The notes: a model not told the origin generated them from the letters alone. Positions 26,043-35,964 are shown, counted from the stretch's first letter. The stretch is 37,422 nt of DNA from Dehalococcoidia bacterium (GCA_020351185.1 CP070729.1:986915-1024336), one strand, 5' to 3'. Numbers and translations: made by a program.

Positions 26043-26898
26043 GATCCTTTAATAATTTAATCGCTTCCTTTTTCATAACATCCAAGGGGGCTCTAAATCC
26101 TGTCCATAGCTCAAAGGCCAGAGCTCCCTGCCAGACTAGCATTTCAATACCGCTTATTGTTTTGGCACCGGCTAACTCAGCATCTGATAGCAGTCTGGTT
26201 TTCAATGGGTTATAGACAGCATCAAAAACTACCAGTCCAGGCTTAAGAAGATTTTTTGGCACCAACGACCTGTCTATATTAGGACTCATGCCAACACTGG
26301 TTGCATTAACCAATATGTCAGCAGCATCCAGTGCTAGCGACAAGTTATCATCCGTTAATTCCATTGCTCTAGCCTCAGTTTTTGAGAATAGCGAGATTTT
26401 ATTCGCTAATTCTAATGCCCAGTTTAATTCCAACTTACGGTTGAGTATAACAATTTCAGCCCCTTTCTCAGCCAAAATAAATGAGATTGCCCGCGAAGCG
26501 CCACCAGCACCCAGAACAATTGCCTTTTTCCCCTTAGGTTGAATATCTTTTTCCAACAGAGCTTTTAAAAAACCGTCGGCGTCTGTATTGTAGCCTTTGA
26601 AACATCCCTCATCATTAACTATGGTATTAACTGCGCCAATTTTCATTGCCAGAGATTCAAGCTCGTCCAACAGTGGAATAACAGCAACTTTATGTGGGAT
26701 GGTTACATTAAATCCCCTTATGCCCAGCGTCTTCACTCCAGCAATTGCTCCATATAGATTATGCGTTTCCACCTTAAAGGGTAGATAGATATAATCTAGT
26801 CCAAGTTTTTTGAAAGATGCATTGTGCATTACCGGTGATACACTGTGTACCACTGGGTCGCCAATTAAACCGCAGATTCTTGTTTTTGCAGATATCAT
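26032..26898 (-). CDS. aroE: Shikimate 5-dehydrogenase
   Basis: 288 aa. GLIGDPVVHSVSPVMHN, NVTIPHK, NTD and LGAGGASRA motifs. Confidence 0.93.
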   Translation of the reverse strand: MISAKTRICGLIGDPVVHSVSPVMHNASFKKLGLDYIYLPFKVETHNLYGAIAGVKTLGIRGFNVTIPHKVAVIPLLDELESLAMKIGAVNTIVNDEGCFKGYNTDADGFLKALLEKDIQPKGKKAIVLGAGGASRAISFILAEKGAEIVILNRKLELNWALELANKISLFSKTEARAMELTDDNLSLALDAADILVNATSVGMSPNIDRSLVPKNLLKPGLVVFDAVYNPLKTRLLSDAELAGAKTISGIEMLVWQGALAFELWTGFRAPLDVMKKEAIKLLKDHED

Positions 26899-27551
26899 CG
26901 GAATACCATCTTGTATAAGCTATGAATTTGGCTTACGGCCATTTGACCTGGTGCTGATTGTTCACCCTTTTTAATAGAGGCATAGGTCATATAGCCACCG
27001 ACTAACGGACTGAGGATACGGCTAGACATACCTAAAGGGCCCATAGCAAAGGCTATTATATTCTGTTTTGGGAAATCCAAGATGAGCTTTAAAATGGCTA
27101 GATTATCCTCTGCGTTCGTAGCATAGGTTATTACTTTGCAGATATCAGCGCCAGATTCCAGTTGTCGCTTTACTATCTTGCTCAGGGCTTTAGAGGGGAG
27201 TGTCTCTTTAAAATCATGGAATGATAATAGGCACTTCGCTCGCTTCTTTACAAGCGGTACTATCTTTGATAAGTTTGGTGTTGAAAGCTCTATATCAATT
27301 ATGCTTGCTCCTAGTTGAATTGCTTTCAGTAACTCCTCTTTTCTTCTGGCTTCGTTCCCTTGCCAGCTACCACCTTCCACCTTGATACGGTTACAGGCTA
27401 TCCACGGTTTTTCCAGCTGCTGGACTAGATCCTGCCAGCCATCACCGATAATATCTATGCGAACTTCAAAAAAGTCAACCAGTGGTTCAGTGGCTTTTAT
27501 TACCGTTAAATCGTTATTAATAATAGAAGCACAGATAGCAGGCTTTCTCAT
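26895..27551 (-). CDS. aroD: Type I 3-dehydroquinate dehydratase
   Basis: 218 aa. EVRID, IDIEL, SFHDF and AFAMGPLGMSSRI motifs of type I DHQase. ATGA overlap with aroE. Confidence 0.88.
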   Translation of the reverse strand: MRKPAICASIINNDLTVIKATEPLVDFFEVRIDIIGDGWQDLVQQLEKPWIACNRIKVEGGSWQGNEARRKEELLKAIQLGASIIDIELSTPNLSKIVPLVKKRAKCLLSFHDFKETLPSKALSKIVKRQLESGADICKVITYATNAEDNLAILKLILDFPKQNIIAFAMGPLGMSSRILSPLVGGYMTYASIKKGEQSAPGQMAVSQIHSLYKMVFR

Positions 27552-28625
27552 TTAACTTCTAAGTACCTCCTCAACAATGGCAAAGTCCACCTCATCTGTA
27601 ATGAAGACTTCGCCTATTTTTTTTGGCAGGACAAATTTTACTTTACCACCAGAAATTTTTTTATCGTGTTTCATTACGTGTATTATTTTACCCGTATCCA
27701 AATGGGACATTTTTGTAGGTAGACCGAGGTATTCTAGTAAGGATTTCAACCTGAATAAGTCGTGGATATCGAATACACCCAGTTTTTCAGCGATTGTAGC
27801 AGCTACTATCATGCCTATAGCCACTGCGTGACCGTGTTTAACATCGAAATCGGATGTAGTCTCTATAGCATGACCGATGGTGTGACCATAATTTAAAATG
27901 TTTCTCAAGCCAGTATCTAGCTCGTCCTGAATTACAATGTTGGTTTTGATGTTGGCTGTACGGAAGACAATCTCCTTTAGTGTGCCTTCATCCAACGCCT
28001 TTATTTTAGTTAGGTTGTTTTCAATGAATACAAAGAACTGATCGTCTTTAATAAAAGCGCTTTTGATAACTTCAGCCATACCATTTGTAAATTCATCAGA
28101 CGGTAAGGTCCTTAATACTGTTATATCAGAGAGAACCAGCTCTGGTTGATAAAAAACACCGATTTCATTTTTCAGTTTATCGTGGTTTACTGCCACCTTG
28201 CCACCGATGCTACTGTCAACTTGTGCCAGTAATGTTGTTGGTATCTGTACCAGTGGAACTCCACGCTTATAAGTAGCTGCAACGAAACCAGCCAGATCGC
28301 CGACAACACCACCCCCCAAGGCCAGAATGGGTGTCTTTCGCTCGACATGACAATCACTGAGTTCTGTATAGAGGTGACCGGCAACGTCAAGCGATTTTTC
28401 TCCCTCGCCATCAGCGACAATCAGCGTAAATACTTCAAAGCTATTGTTTGATAGCCTCTCCACCAATAAGCTTCCGTATAGAGCTTGAATTTTTGGATTG
28501 GTAATAATCACTAGTCTTCCACTGAAACCGTGCTCTTTTAAGTGGTTGCCGGCCTTCTTGAGTAGATCGCTAGCTATCAGGACATCATAGCCCCTTTCAC
28601 CAAGATTGACTCTGATTTTCTTCAT
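27552..28625 (-). CDS. aroB: 3-dehydroquinate synthase
   Basis: 357 aa. GGGVVGDLAGFVAATYKRGVPLVQIPTTLLAQVDSSIGGK and NYGHTIGHA motifs. Confidence 0.95.
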   Translation of the reverse strand: MKKIRVNLGERGYDVLIASDLLKKAGNHLKEHGFSGRLVIITNPKIQALYGSLLVERLSNNSFEVFTLIVADGEGEKSLDVAGHLYTELSDCHVERKTPILALGGGVVGDLAGFVAATYKRGVPLVQIPTTLLAQVDSSIGGKVAVNHDKLKNEIGVFYQPELVLSDITVLRTLPSDEFTNGMAEVIKSAFIKDDQFFVFIENNLTKIKALDEGTLKEIVFRTANIKTNIVIQDELDTGLRNILNYGHTIGHAIETTSDFDVKHGHAVAIGMIVAATIAEKLGVFDIHDLFRLKSLLEYLGLPTKMSHLDTGKIIHVMKHDKKISGGKVKFVLPKKIGEVFITDEVDFAIVEEVLRS

Positions 28626-28628
28626 TTT

Positions 28629-29702
28629 TTATACTTTAACTTTTTTTCGGTGAATTTGCACTGTTTTACTAATTTCCATGCAGGTATCGATAATTTGTTT
28701 CAATTCTTGCGGTGTAATCATCTGTTGTGCATCGACTTTAGCTTCAGAAGGATTGTAATGTACCTCTATTGCTAGTCCGCTAGCACCGGCTGCTATTGCA
28801 GCGCAGCTCATATCAAAAATCAGATCGCGACGACCAGCAGCATGACTAGGATCAACCAGTATAGGTAGATAACTTTCTTTTTGAATAACTGGCACCGCAG
28901 CAAGGTCTAAGGTGTATCTAGTATAACTCTTACCCTTGCCAACAGGTACTATCCCACGCTCACAGAGGATAACGTCTTTGTTACCTTCAGCAACGATATA
29001 TTCAGAAAAGGAGAGAAACTCTTCAATACCGGCGCCAAAGTGACGCTTAAAAAGTATCGGTTTGCCCTTTTGGGCTACCTTACCGAGCAAATCCTGGTCG
29101 TACATATTTCTGGCGCCTATCTGTAGTATATCGACATATTCGGCTATAAGATCAGCCTGCATCTCGCCTCTTACCTCAGTCATGACCGGCATATCGAATC
29201 TGCGTCCAGCTTCGCGTAGCCATTCTAAAGCTTCTATGGCTTCATCGTTACCTAGAGAACCTAGTCCCTGAAAAGAGTGAACTGAGCTTCGTGGTTTGAA
29301 GATACCACCTCTCAATACATTGCCACCAGCAGCTTTTACTTCTTCAGCAATCCTAAACAATTGCTGTTTACTCTCGACGGCACAAGGGCCGGCGATGAAT
29401 ATAGGCGATTCGCCACCAATTCTGACATCACCTATTTGCACTATGCGGCTTTCATCTCTGCCCTCGAAGAGTTCGCTATACTCACGGCTGATAAGTTTAT
29501 AGGGAATCTCCACCATTCTGGCTTCTTTGACTCCCGATAGAACGGCTAAGTGAGTAAAAGATATCTTGCTCTCATCGCCTACGAGACCGATGACCGTTCT
29601 GAATTCTCCTCTGGAAACATCAGCTTTAAGTCCATGCTTCTCTACCTCTGTTACTACATGTTTTATTTCTTCCTCTGTAGCATCCTTTTTCATTATTATC
29701 AT
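28629..29702 (-). CDS. aroF: 3-deoxy-7-phosphoheptulonate (DAHP) synthase, type I-beta with an N-terminal ferredoxin-like regulatory domain
   Basis: 357 aa. The N-terminal roughly 70 aa (IIMKKDATEEEIKHVVTEVEKHGLKADVSRGEFRTVIGLVGDE) resemble the regulatory domain of Thermotoga-type DAHPS. The catalytic core has KPRSS..SFQGLG and DPSHA.GRR. GGAGGGG RBS. Confidence 0.92.
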   Translation of the reverse strand: MIIMKKDATEEEIKHVVTEVEKHGLKADVSRGEFRTVIGLVGDESKISFTHLAVLSGVKEARMVEIPYKLISREYSELFEGRDESRIVQIGDVRIGGESPIFIAGPCAVESKQQLFRIAEEVKAAGGNVLRGGIFKPRSSVHSFQGLGSLGNDEAIEALEWLREAGRRFDMPVMTEVRGEMQADLIAEYVDILQIGARNMYDQDLLGKVAQKGKPILFKRHFGAGIEEFLSFSEYIVAEGNKDVILCERGIVPVGKGKSYTRYTLDLAAVPVIQKESYLPILVDPSHAAGRRDLIFDMSCAAIAAGASGLAIEVHYNPSEAKVDAQQMITPQELKQIIDTCMEISKTVQIHRKKVKV

Positions 29703-29750
29703 TTGCCCCTCCTGAATGTTGTGTCAGATACCCGATTTTTTGGATTTTGT

Positions 29751-29784
29751 ATAAAGAAAAATCCTCCCACCCGGGAGGATTTTT
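29751..29784 (-). terminator. Intrinsic terminator in the 5' leader of the aro operon (attenuator)
   Basis: Minus strand reads AAAAAUCCUCCC-GGGU-GGGAGGAUUUUU (12-bp stem, 29784-29757), then CUUUAU. It lies 55 nt upstream of the aroF ATG and downstream of the putative promoter. Confidence 0.7.
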
Positions 29785-29809
29785 CTTTTTAGGTGTTATT
29801 TTACTTTAA

Positions 29810-29911
29810 TTATGCTCCAGAGCCTCCCGGGTGCGACTGACATCGCCAGGAAAATGTAAAACAAGAATATACGTAGCTATAAAACCGGTAAAGCTCAATA
29901 TTTACTAACAT
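29810..29911 (-). CDS. Putative aromatic-codon-rich leader peptide (33 aa)
   Basis: Not in the track. Minus-strand ATG at 29911. Translation: MLVNIELYRFYSYVYSCFTFSWRCQSHPGGSGA-TAA. 8 of the 15 codons at positions 8-22 are Tyr, Phe or Trp. Codons 27-30 are the antiterminator element. No clear SD (AAAGAAA upstream). Confidence 0.55.
   Translation of the reverse strand: MLVNIELYRFYSYVYSCFTFSWRCQSHPGGSGA
29823..29833 (-). promoter_or_regulatory. Antiterminator 5' element
   Basis: Minus-strand CACCCGGGAGG is the exact reverse complement of CCUCCCGGGUG (29778-29768), which is the terminator 5' arm plus its loop. The two pairings are mutually exclusive. Confidence 0.55.
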
Positions 29912-29938
29912 TTTCTTTATTTCGAATCACTCGTCAAG

Positions 29939-29967
29939 AAGATATCACGTAATTGATGTTTTGTCAA
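29939..29967 (-). promoter_or_regulatory. Putative promoter of the aro operon leader
   Basis: Minus strand TTGACA (29967-29962), a 17-nt spacer, then TATCTT (29944-29939). This would give a leader of about 20 nt before the leader-peptide ATG. Confidence 0.4.
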
Positions 29968-30009
29968 GCAACCATTGAGTATTAATTAGATTTAATTAGC
30001 TTTATTTTA

Positions 30010-30039
30010 TTGACATCACCCCTATAAGTATGATAAAGT
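30010..30039 (+). promoter_or_regulatory. Putative promoter of the rpsL operon
   Basis: TTGACA (30010-30015), then TG (30031-30032), one nt, and TAAAGT (30034-30039): an extended -10-like arrangement. Confidence 0.4.
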
Positions 30040-30119
30040 TTCATCTGATATTTGTTAGTTCACTATAGAGGATTGATTTAACAAATCCAAAAACTGTTTT
30101 ATCAATTCTTGTGGCTTAC

Positions 30120-30145
30120 AAAGGATGAGCTTAGGCTCATCCTTT
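30120..30145 (+). promoter_or_regulatory. Perfect 11-bp hairpin in the rpsL 5' UTR
   Basis: AAAGGATGAGC-TTAG-GCTCATCCTTT, 28 nt upstream of the rpsL start. No T-run follows it, so it is not an obvious terminator. Confidence 0.45.
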
Positions 30146-30173
30146 GAGTTGTGTGCTAATAAAAGGGGGAAAA

Positions 30174-30605
30174 TTGCCAACTGTAAATCAACTGGTACGC
30201 AAGGGGCGCAAGACAGTCAGCCGAAAGGCAAAAACACCAGCATTGCGTTTTAATTATAATGCCCTGAAAAACAAGATGGTTCGTGAAAAAGGTGCGCCGC
30301 AGAAGCGTGGAGTCTGCGTACAAGTAAAAACAACAACACCCAAGAAACCAAACTCAGCTCTGCGAAAGATCGCCCGAGTGCGATTGAGCAATGGCATGGA
30401 GGTAACAGCCTATATCCCAGGAGAAGGACATGAACTACAAGAGCATTCGGTAGTACTTATACGTGGAGGGCGGGTACCGGATCTACCCGGTGTCCGCTAT
30501 CATATTATTAGAGGAGCACTGGATTCAAGTGGTGTAACAAACCGAAAACAAGGGCGAAGTAAGTATGGCAGTAAACGGATAAAACCTACCGGTGAAACTG
30601 AGTAG
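30174..30605 (+). CDS. rpsL: 30S ribosomal protein S12
   Basis: TTG start at 30174 after AAAAGGGGGA gives the canonical (M)[12 protein letters not shown]. The track start at 30144 adds 10 non-conserved residues. PQKRGVC and [11 protein letters not shown] motifs. Carries the longer loop insertion between the N-terminus and PQKRG that B. subtilis S12 also has. Confidence 0.95.
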   Translation: MPTVNQLVRKGRKTVSRKAKTPALRFNYNALKNKMVREKGAPQKRGVCVQVKTTTPKKPNSALRKIARVRLSNGMEVTAYIPGEGHELQEHSVVLIRGGRVPDLPGVRYHIIRGALDSSGVTNRKQGRSKYGSKRIKPTGETE

Positions 30606-30619
30606 GTATTGGAGGAGGG

Positions 30620-31090
30620 ATGCCAAGGCGAGCTACGGCAAAAAAAAGAAATATACCACCCGATGCGATTCATGGCAGCGTAACTGTAGCCATGATTGTC
30701 AACAAAGTGATGTTGAATGGTAAGAAAACAACTGCTGAGAGAATTGTTTATCGTGCATTGGATATCATCGAAGACAGAGAAAAGAAAAAGCCGGTTAGTA
30801 TCTTAAAACAGGCAGTGCGTAATGCTACTCCATTACTTGAAGTCAAACCAAGGCGAGTTGGCGGGGCCACCTACCAAGTACCTGTTGAGGTAAGAGCTGG
30901 TCGTGATACAGCTCTGGCTATCAGATGGATACTCAAAGCTGCTAGAGCTAGAACGGGTAAATCAATGTCGGAGAAATTAGCGGCTGAGCTCTTGGATGCA
31001 TCAAATGGGCAGGGAGCAGCCGTTAAAAAACGTGAAGATACTCATAAAATGGCCGAAGCTAATAGAGCTTTCGCCCATTATAGATGGTAA
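30620..31090 (+). CDS. rpsG: 30S ribosomal protein S7
   Basis: 156 aa. MPRR...[19 protein letters not shown]...AHYRW. Confidence 0.96.
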   Translation: MPRRATAKKRNIPPDAIHGSVTVAMIVNKVMLNGKKTTAERIVYRALDIIEDREKKKPVSILKQAVRNATPLLEVKPRRVGGATYQVPVEVRAGRDTALAIRWILKAARARTGKSMSEKLAAELLDASNGQGAAVKKREDTHKMAEANRAFAHYRW

Positions 31091-31142
31091 GGGGTTTCCA
31101 ATTATCAATATAAAGGCAATAGAAAAAAGGTCGGGGACTAAA

Positions 31143-33224
31143 ATGCCTAGAAGTTATCCTCTGGACCATATACGCAATATAGGGATTATTGCTCATATAG
31201 ATGCCGGTAAGACAACTGTTACCGAGCGAGTGCTATATTACACCGGCAAGACGTATAAAATAGGCGAAGTTCATGACGGTACTACTGTAATGGACTGGAT
31301 GGAGCAAGAAAGGCAGCGCGGCATTACTATCACTGCAGCCGCAACCACATGTTATTGGAAGGAGCACCGCGTAAATATTATTGATACTCCTGGGCATGTA
31401 GATTTCACAGCCGAGGTTGAACGCAGTTTGCGGGTTCTTGACGGCGGAGTTGTCGTTTTTGATGCCGTAGCAGGTGTTGAAGCTCAATCGGAAACAGTAT
31501 GGCGCCAAGCCGATAAATACGGGGTTCCACGTATTTGCTTTATTAATAAGATGGATAGGGTAGGCGCTGATCTATTTCGCTGCCTATCAATGATTGAAGA
31601 ACGGTTACATTCCAGGCCGTTTTTGGTCCAGTTACCGTTGGGTAACGAGGATTCTTTCTATGGGATTATCGATATTTTAGAAAACAAAGCTTGGGCTTTT
31701 GATGGGAATATTAACTCAATACCCAAAGAAATAGACATTCCTGAGGCAGAACGAGAGAAGGCTATAAGATTTCGACAGGCTCTTATTGAAAAATTGGCTG
31801 AAGAAGATGATCATATAATGTCAGCATATTTAGAGGGCGTTAATATAGACGGCGATGATATAACAACAGCGCTGAGAAAGATAACCCTGGCGAATAAAGG
31901 TATACCCGTTCTATGTGGTAGCGCTTTAAGAAACAAGGGCGTAAGACTACTACTTGATGCAGTTGTAGATTATCTTCCGTCACCACTTGATATGCCGCCA
32001 GTAATGGCAGTTCGTGTTAAGACGGATGAGAAGGTTACCCGTGCCGCCAGTGATGAAGTTCCCTTTGCGGCACTTGCATTTAAGGTTGTTGCTGACCCGT
32101 TTGTCGGACGACTCGTATACCTGAGGGTATACTCCGGAAGAGTTAAAGCTGGAGCGCAAATTTTTAATTCAACAAGAGGTAAAAAAGAGCGTATCGGTCG
32201 ATTGATGCTAATGCACGCTAACCGTTACGAGGAAGTGAGCGAAGCCGATACCGGTGCCATTGTGGCTGCTATGGGCCTCAAAGAAACCTTTACTGGGGAT
32301 ACCTTAAGTGAGGCTACGCAGCAAGTAGTATTGGAGTCTATTCGTTTCCCAGAACCCGTGTTATCCGTTGCGATCGAGCCGAAGACGAAAACCGATAGGG
32401 ATAAAATGGGTGACGCTTTACAAAAGTTGGCTGAAGAGGATCCAACGTTTAGAGTTACTTACAATGAAGAAACGGGACAAACAGTAATTTCAGGTATGGG
32501 TGAACTTCATGTTGAGGTTATTATCAGCCGACTCCTCGGTGAATATAAGGTATTAGCCAAAGTAGGCAATCCGCGAGTTGCCTACAAGGAAACGATTACA
32601 TCTTCGGCTAAAGCAGAGGGTAGGTTTATTAGACAGAGTGGTGGGCGTGGACAATATGGTCACGTATGTATTGAGATGGAACCATTGGGGCGTGGAGGAG
32701 GTTTTCAGTTTGTTGATAAAACAAAAGGTGGCATACTATCAAAACCATTTATCCAAGCTACTGAAAACGGGATAAAAGAAGCTATGGAAACCGGAGGCTC
32801 TGCTGGTTATCAGGTAGTTGATGTCCAAGTTTGCCTCTACGACGGCAGCTACCATGAAGTGGATTCTTCAGAATTGGCTTTCAAAATGGCTGGTTCTTTG
32901 GCATTTAAAAAGGGATTTGATAGGGCTCATCCTATTATCCTCGAGCCGATTATGAAGTTAGAAATAATAACACCGGGTCAGTTCTTGGGGGATGTGGTTG
33001 GCGATGTAAGTTCAAGGAGGGGCCATATCGATTTAATAGAAACACGCGGTGAAACCTCCACTATCCGCTGCAAGATACCCCTAGCAGAGACATTTGGTTA
33101 CACAACCATACTGAGGTCACTAACGCAAGGGAGAGCCACACATTCTATGGAGTTCTACCAATATAGGGAATTACCTATGGAACTTGCTAAAGACTTCAGA
33201 GATAAGGCTATCGGTAGAAAATAA
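31143..33224 (+). CDS. fusA: Elongation factor G
   Basis: Start placed at ATG 31143 ([25 protein letters not shown]). The track ORF starts 49 codons earlier, inside rpsG. G1-G4 motifs ([17 protein letters not shown]). Confidence 0.95.
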   Translation: MPRSYPLDHIRNIGIIAHIDAGKTTVTERVLYYTGKTYKIGEVHDGTTVMDWMEQERQRGITITAAATTCYWKEHRVNIIDTPGHVDFTAEVERSLRVLDGGVVVFDAVAGVEAQSETVWRQADKYGVPRICFINKMDRVGADLFRCLSMIEERLHSRPFLVQLPLGNEDSFYGIIDILENKAWAFDGNINSIPKEIDIPEAEREKAIRFRQALIEKLAEEDDHIMSAYLEGVNIDGDDITTALRKITLANKGIPVLCGSALRNKGVRLLLDAVVDYLPSPLDMPPVMAVRVKTDEKVTRAASDEVPFAALAFKVVADPFVGRLVYLRVYSGRVKAGAQIFNSTRGKKERIGRLMLMHANRYEEVSEADTGAIVAAMGLKETFTGDTLSEATQQVVLESIRFPEPVLSVAIEPKTKTDRDKMGDALQKLAEEDPTFRVTYNEETGQTVISGMGELHVEVIISRLLGEYKVLAKVGNPRVAYKETITSSAKAEGRFIRQSGGRGQYGHVCIEMEPLGRGGGFQFVDKTKGGILSKPFIQATENGIKEAMETGGSAGYQVVDVQVCLYDGSYHEVDSSELAFKMAGSLAFKKGFDRAHPIILEPIMKLEIITPGQFLGDVVGDVSSRRGHIDLIETRGETSTIRCKIPLAETFGYTTILRSLTQGRATHSMEFYQYRELPMELAKDFRDKAIGRK

Positions 33225-33238
33225 ATAAAGGACAATAG

Positions 33239-33547
33239 ATGGCGAAGCAGAAAATACGTATAAAATTGAAGGGATTTGACCACAAGATATTAGATCAGGC
33301 AGCCCAACAGATAGTAGAAGCACTCGAAAGAACCGGTGCAGTTGTTACGGGTCCGGTACCACTGCCGACACATATTAGAAAACTAGGCGTTATCCGCTCG
33401 CCCTTTATTGATAAGGATTCACAGGAGCAATTTGAAATCAGAACATATAAACGACTTATTGATATAGTTGAAACAACCTCAAAGACGATAGACGCTTTGA
33501 CAAACCTGAATCTACCGTCCGGGGTTGGAATAGATATTAAGTCATAA
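33239..33547 (+). CDS. rpsJ: 30S ribosomal protein S10
   Basis: 102 aa. [16 protein letters not shown]... Confidence 0.96.
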   Translation: MAKQKIRIKLKGFDHKILDQAAQQIVEALERTGAVVTGPVPLPTHIRKLGVIRSPFIDKDSQEQFEIRTYKRLIDIVETTSKTIDALTNLNLPSGVGIDIKS

Positions 33548-33566
33548 TCAATTGTGGTATTAAAAA

Positions 33567-34184
33567 ATGATAAACGGGATTTTAGGGCAAAAACTCGGCA
33601 TGACCCAAATTTTTAGGGAAAACGGTAGAGCGGAGGCGGTAACTGCTATCGTCGCCGGACCATGTGCTGTCATACAAATTAAAAAAGAGAGCAAAGAGGG
33701 CTACAATGCCGTCCAGCTGGGTTTCGTTGAAAACAAGAAAAGAAAACCTGTCCGCCAAGGACAATTTAAAGAAATTGGTAATTATCGCTATCTCAGGGAA
33801 ATAAGGCTAAATGATACAAAAGGAGTAGAAGTAGGCGATAAAGTAAACGTAAATTTGTTTGATATCGGTGATATGGTGGATATTACCGGCATTTCGAAAG
33901 GTAAAGGATTTGCTGGGGTCGTAAAACGCTATAATTTTGCTGGTGGACCTAAAACGCATGGTCAGTCTGATAGGCATCGTGCCGTCGGCTCTATCGGTGC
34001 TTCAGCTTCACCTGGACGAGTGCTAAAAGGTACAAAAATGCCTGGACATATGGGTGGTGAACGGGTAACCACTCGTAAGCTTGAAATTGTTCATCTTGAT
34101 GACGAGAGGAACATAATGCTAGTTAAAGGAGCGATACCTGGGGCTAAGAATGGATTATTGATAATTAAGAAGTCAGGTAAATAA
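33567..34184 (+). CDS. rplC: 50S ribosomal protein L3
   Basis: 205 aa. GILGQKLGMTQIF and GKGFAGVVKR motifs. Confidence 0.96.
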   Translation: MINGILGQKLGMTQIFRENGRAEAVTAIVAGPCAVIQIKKESKEGYNAVQLGFVENKKRKPVRQGQFKEIGNYRYLREIRLNDTKGVEVGDKVNVNLFDIGDMVDITGISKGKGFAGVVKRYNFAGGPKTHGQSDRHRAVGSIGASASPGRVLKGTKMPGHMGGERVTTRKLEIVHLDDERNIMLVKGAIPGAKNGLLIIKKSGK

Positions 34185-34185
34185 A

Positions 34186-34818
34186 ATGCAAGTTCCAGTT
34201 TATAATATTAACGGTGAAAAAGTGAAACAGATAGATATTGACGATAGTGTCTTTGATATTCCATTAAACGAAGCAATTGTCCACCAGGCATTAGTAAGAC
34301 AGCTAGCAAATGCCCGGCAGGGAACTGCCAGTACAAAGACACGCAGTGAAGTAGCTGGTAGCAAACAGAAGATGTATCGACAGAAACATACCGGGCGTGC
34401 TCGCGCAGGGAGTATAAGATCGCCACTACGCCGTGGTGGAGGTGTAACTTTTGGGCCGAAGCCAAGAGACTATAGTCAGTCGATGCCCAGGAAAATGCGA
34501 CAATTGGCGTTAAAGTGTATGTTATCAACCAAAGTACATAAACAAGAAATGATAGTCCTCGAAGAAATAAAGCTAAATCAGCCAAAAACAAAGGAAATCG
34601 AGAAGTTGCTTACTATGCTGGGAATTGATTCAACAGCGATTATAGCCATTGATGAAAAGATAGACAATGTAGTTAAATCAGCTCGTAATATTCCTGGTAT
34701 TACCACAATTCCAGCTCGACTACTCAATGTTGTTGACATTACTAGCCATAAAAATTTATTGATAACGGAGGATGCGGTAAGGCAAGTTGAAAAAATATGG
34801 GGTAGGAAAGTAGCTTAA
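34186..34818 (+). CDS. rplD: 50S ribosomal protein L4
   Basis: 210 aa. HQALVRQLANARQGTASTKTRSEV.GS..K.YRQKGTGRAR-like pattern. Confidence 0.95.
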   Translation: MQVPVYNINGEKVKQIDIDDSVFDIPLNEAIVHQALVRQLANARQGTASTKTRSEVAGSKQKMYRQKHTGRARAGSIRSPLRRGGGVTFGPKPRDYSQSMPRKMRQLALKCMLSTKVHKQEMIVLEEIKLNQPKTKEIEKLLTMLGIDSTAIIAIDEKIDNVVKSARNIPGITTIPARLLNVVDITSHKNLLITEDAVRQVEKIWGRKVA

Positions 34819-34822
34819 GCTT

Positions 34823-35107
34823 ATGAATGTCTATGAAGTATTACGGCGTCCACTTATCACCGAGAAGAATTCGCAGCTTCAAATTCTGAATAAATACGTT
34901 TTCGAGGTTATGGATGAAGCTAATAAGAATCAAATTAAACAAGCTGTAGAAAAAGTCTTTAAGGTGGATGTGGTTTCCGTTAACATAATTGCAGTACCAG
35001 GTAAGCAGCGACGGCTAGGCAGGCATCAGGTATTGACATCGCCCTGGAAAAAAGCGATCGTTACTTTAAAACCGGGTGATAAAATAGAACTATTCGAGGG
35101 AGTTTAG
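34823..35107 (+). CDS. rplW: 50S ribosomal protein L23
   Basis: 94 aa. LRRPLITEK...KNQIKQAVEKVFKVDV..VN. Confidence 0.95.
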   Translation: MNVYEVLRRPLITEKNSQLQILNKYVFEVMDEANKNQIKQAVEKVFKVDVVSVNIIAVPGKQRRLGRHQVLTSPWKKAIVTLKPGDKIELFEGV

Positions 35108-35136
35108 TATCTTCTGAAGGGGAGTTATAATAGATA

Positions 35137-35964
35137 ATGGCATTAAAGACGTATCGTCCGACTTCACCCGGCAGACGGGGCATGACCGGCTCTAACTTTG
35201 CTGAAATCACTAAAGACAAACCCGAAAAATCTCTACTCACATCTTTAAAGAAGAACGCCGGGCGTAACAATCTAGGAAGAATAAGTGTTAGACACCGAGG
35301 TGGTGGCTCAAAACGCCGGCTACGTATTATTGATTTCAAACGTGAAAAATTCGGAATACCTGGTAGGGTAGCAGCAATCGAATATGACCCCAACCGCTCG
35401 GCTAATATCGCTCTCATATATTATGTTGACGGTGAAAAGCGTTACATTCTATCACCTCAAGGACTCAATGTTGGGGATATTATTAAATCAGGTGAGAACT
35501 CAGAATTAAAGCCGGGTAACGCAATGCCATTAAAGCAAATGCCGGGTGGTACGTTGATCCATAATATTGAAATTGAGCCTGGAAAGGGTGCACAATTGGT
35601 ACGCAGCGCTGGTGTAGCGGCGCAGCTTATGGCAAAAGAGGGTGAATATACCCTTATCCGTTTACCCTCTAGTGAGATGCGTCGTATTCGCAGTGATTGC
35701 ATAGCAACAATTGGACAAGTAGGTAATGTTGAACACCAGAATATAAAGATGGGTAAGGCTGGTAGAGTGCGATGGCTCGGTCGTCGGCCACAGGTAAGAG
35801 GTTCAGCAATGAATCCCAATGATCATCCCCATGGAGGTGGTGAAGGTAGGTCGCCAGTTGGCATGCCAGGCCCCAAGACGCCTTGGGGTAAACCGGCAAT
35901 GGGTTATAAAACAAGAAAGCCGAAGGCTTCAGATAGGGTTATAGTAAAACGTAGGGGTAAGTAA
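35137..35964 (+). CDS. rplB: 50S ribosomal protein L2
   Basis: 275 aa. [17 protein letters not shown] and [13 protein letters not shown] motifs. Confidence 0.97.
   Translation: MALKTYRPTSPGRRGMTGSNFAEITKDKPEKSLLTSLKKNAGRNNLGRISVRHRGGGSKRRLRIIDFKREKFGIPGRVAAIEYDPNRSANIALIYYVDGEKRYILSPQGLNVGDIIKSGENSELKPGNAMPLKQMPGGTLIHNIEIEPGKGAQLVRSAGVAAQLMAKEGEYTLIRLPSSEMRRIRSDCIATIGQVGNVEHQNIKMGKAGRVRWLGRRPQVRGSAMNPNDHPHGGGEGRSPVGMPGPKTPWGKPAMGYKTRKPKASDRVIVKRRGK

Noticed and set aside
29795-29842. Alternative short leader ORF MSVAPGRLWSIIKVK (ATG at 29842)
   Set aside because: It has only one aromatic codon and no RBS, and it starts inside the longer aromatic-rich ORF. It does not explain the structure as well.
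29757-29935. T-box riboswitch as an explanation for the aro leader
   Set aside because: I could not find the T-box consensus (..GGGUGGNACCGCG..), a specifier loop or an AG-bulge/GA motif. The alternative pairing is a simple 11-nt element embedded in a small ORF, which fits leader-peptide attenuation better.
30144-30173. Upstream start for rpsL ([10 protein letters not shown]...)
   Set aside because: The canonical S12 N-terminus PTVNQL follows TTG 30174, which has a G-rich RBS. The extension also covers the leader hairpin.
30996-31142. 49-codon N-terminal extension of the fusA ORF
   Set aside because: It overlaps the rpsG coding end in another frame and is not EF-G-like. The conserved EF-G N-terminus begins at ATG 31143.
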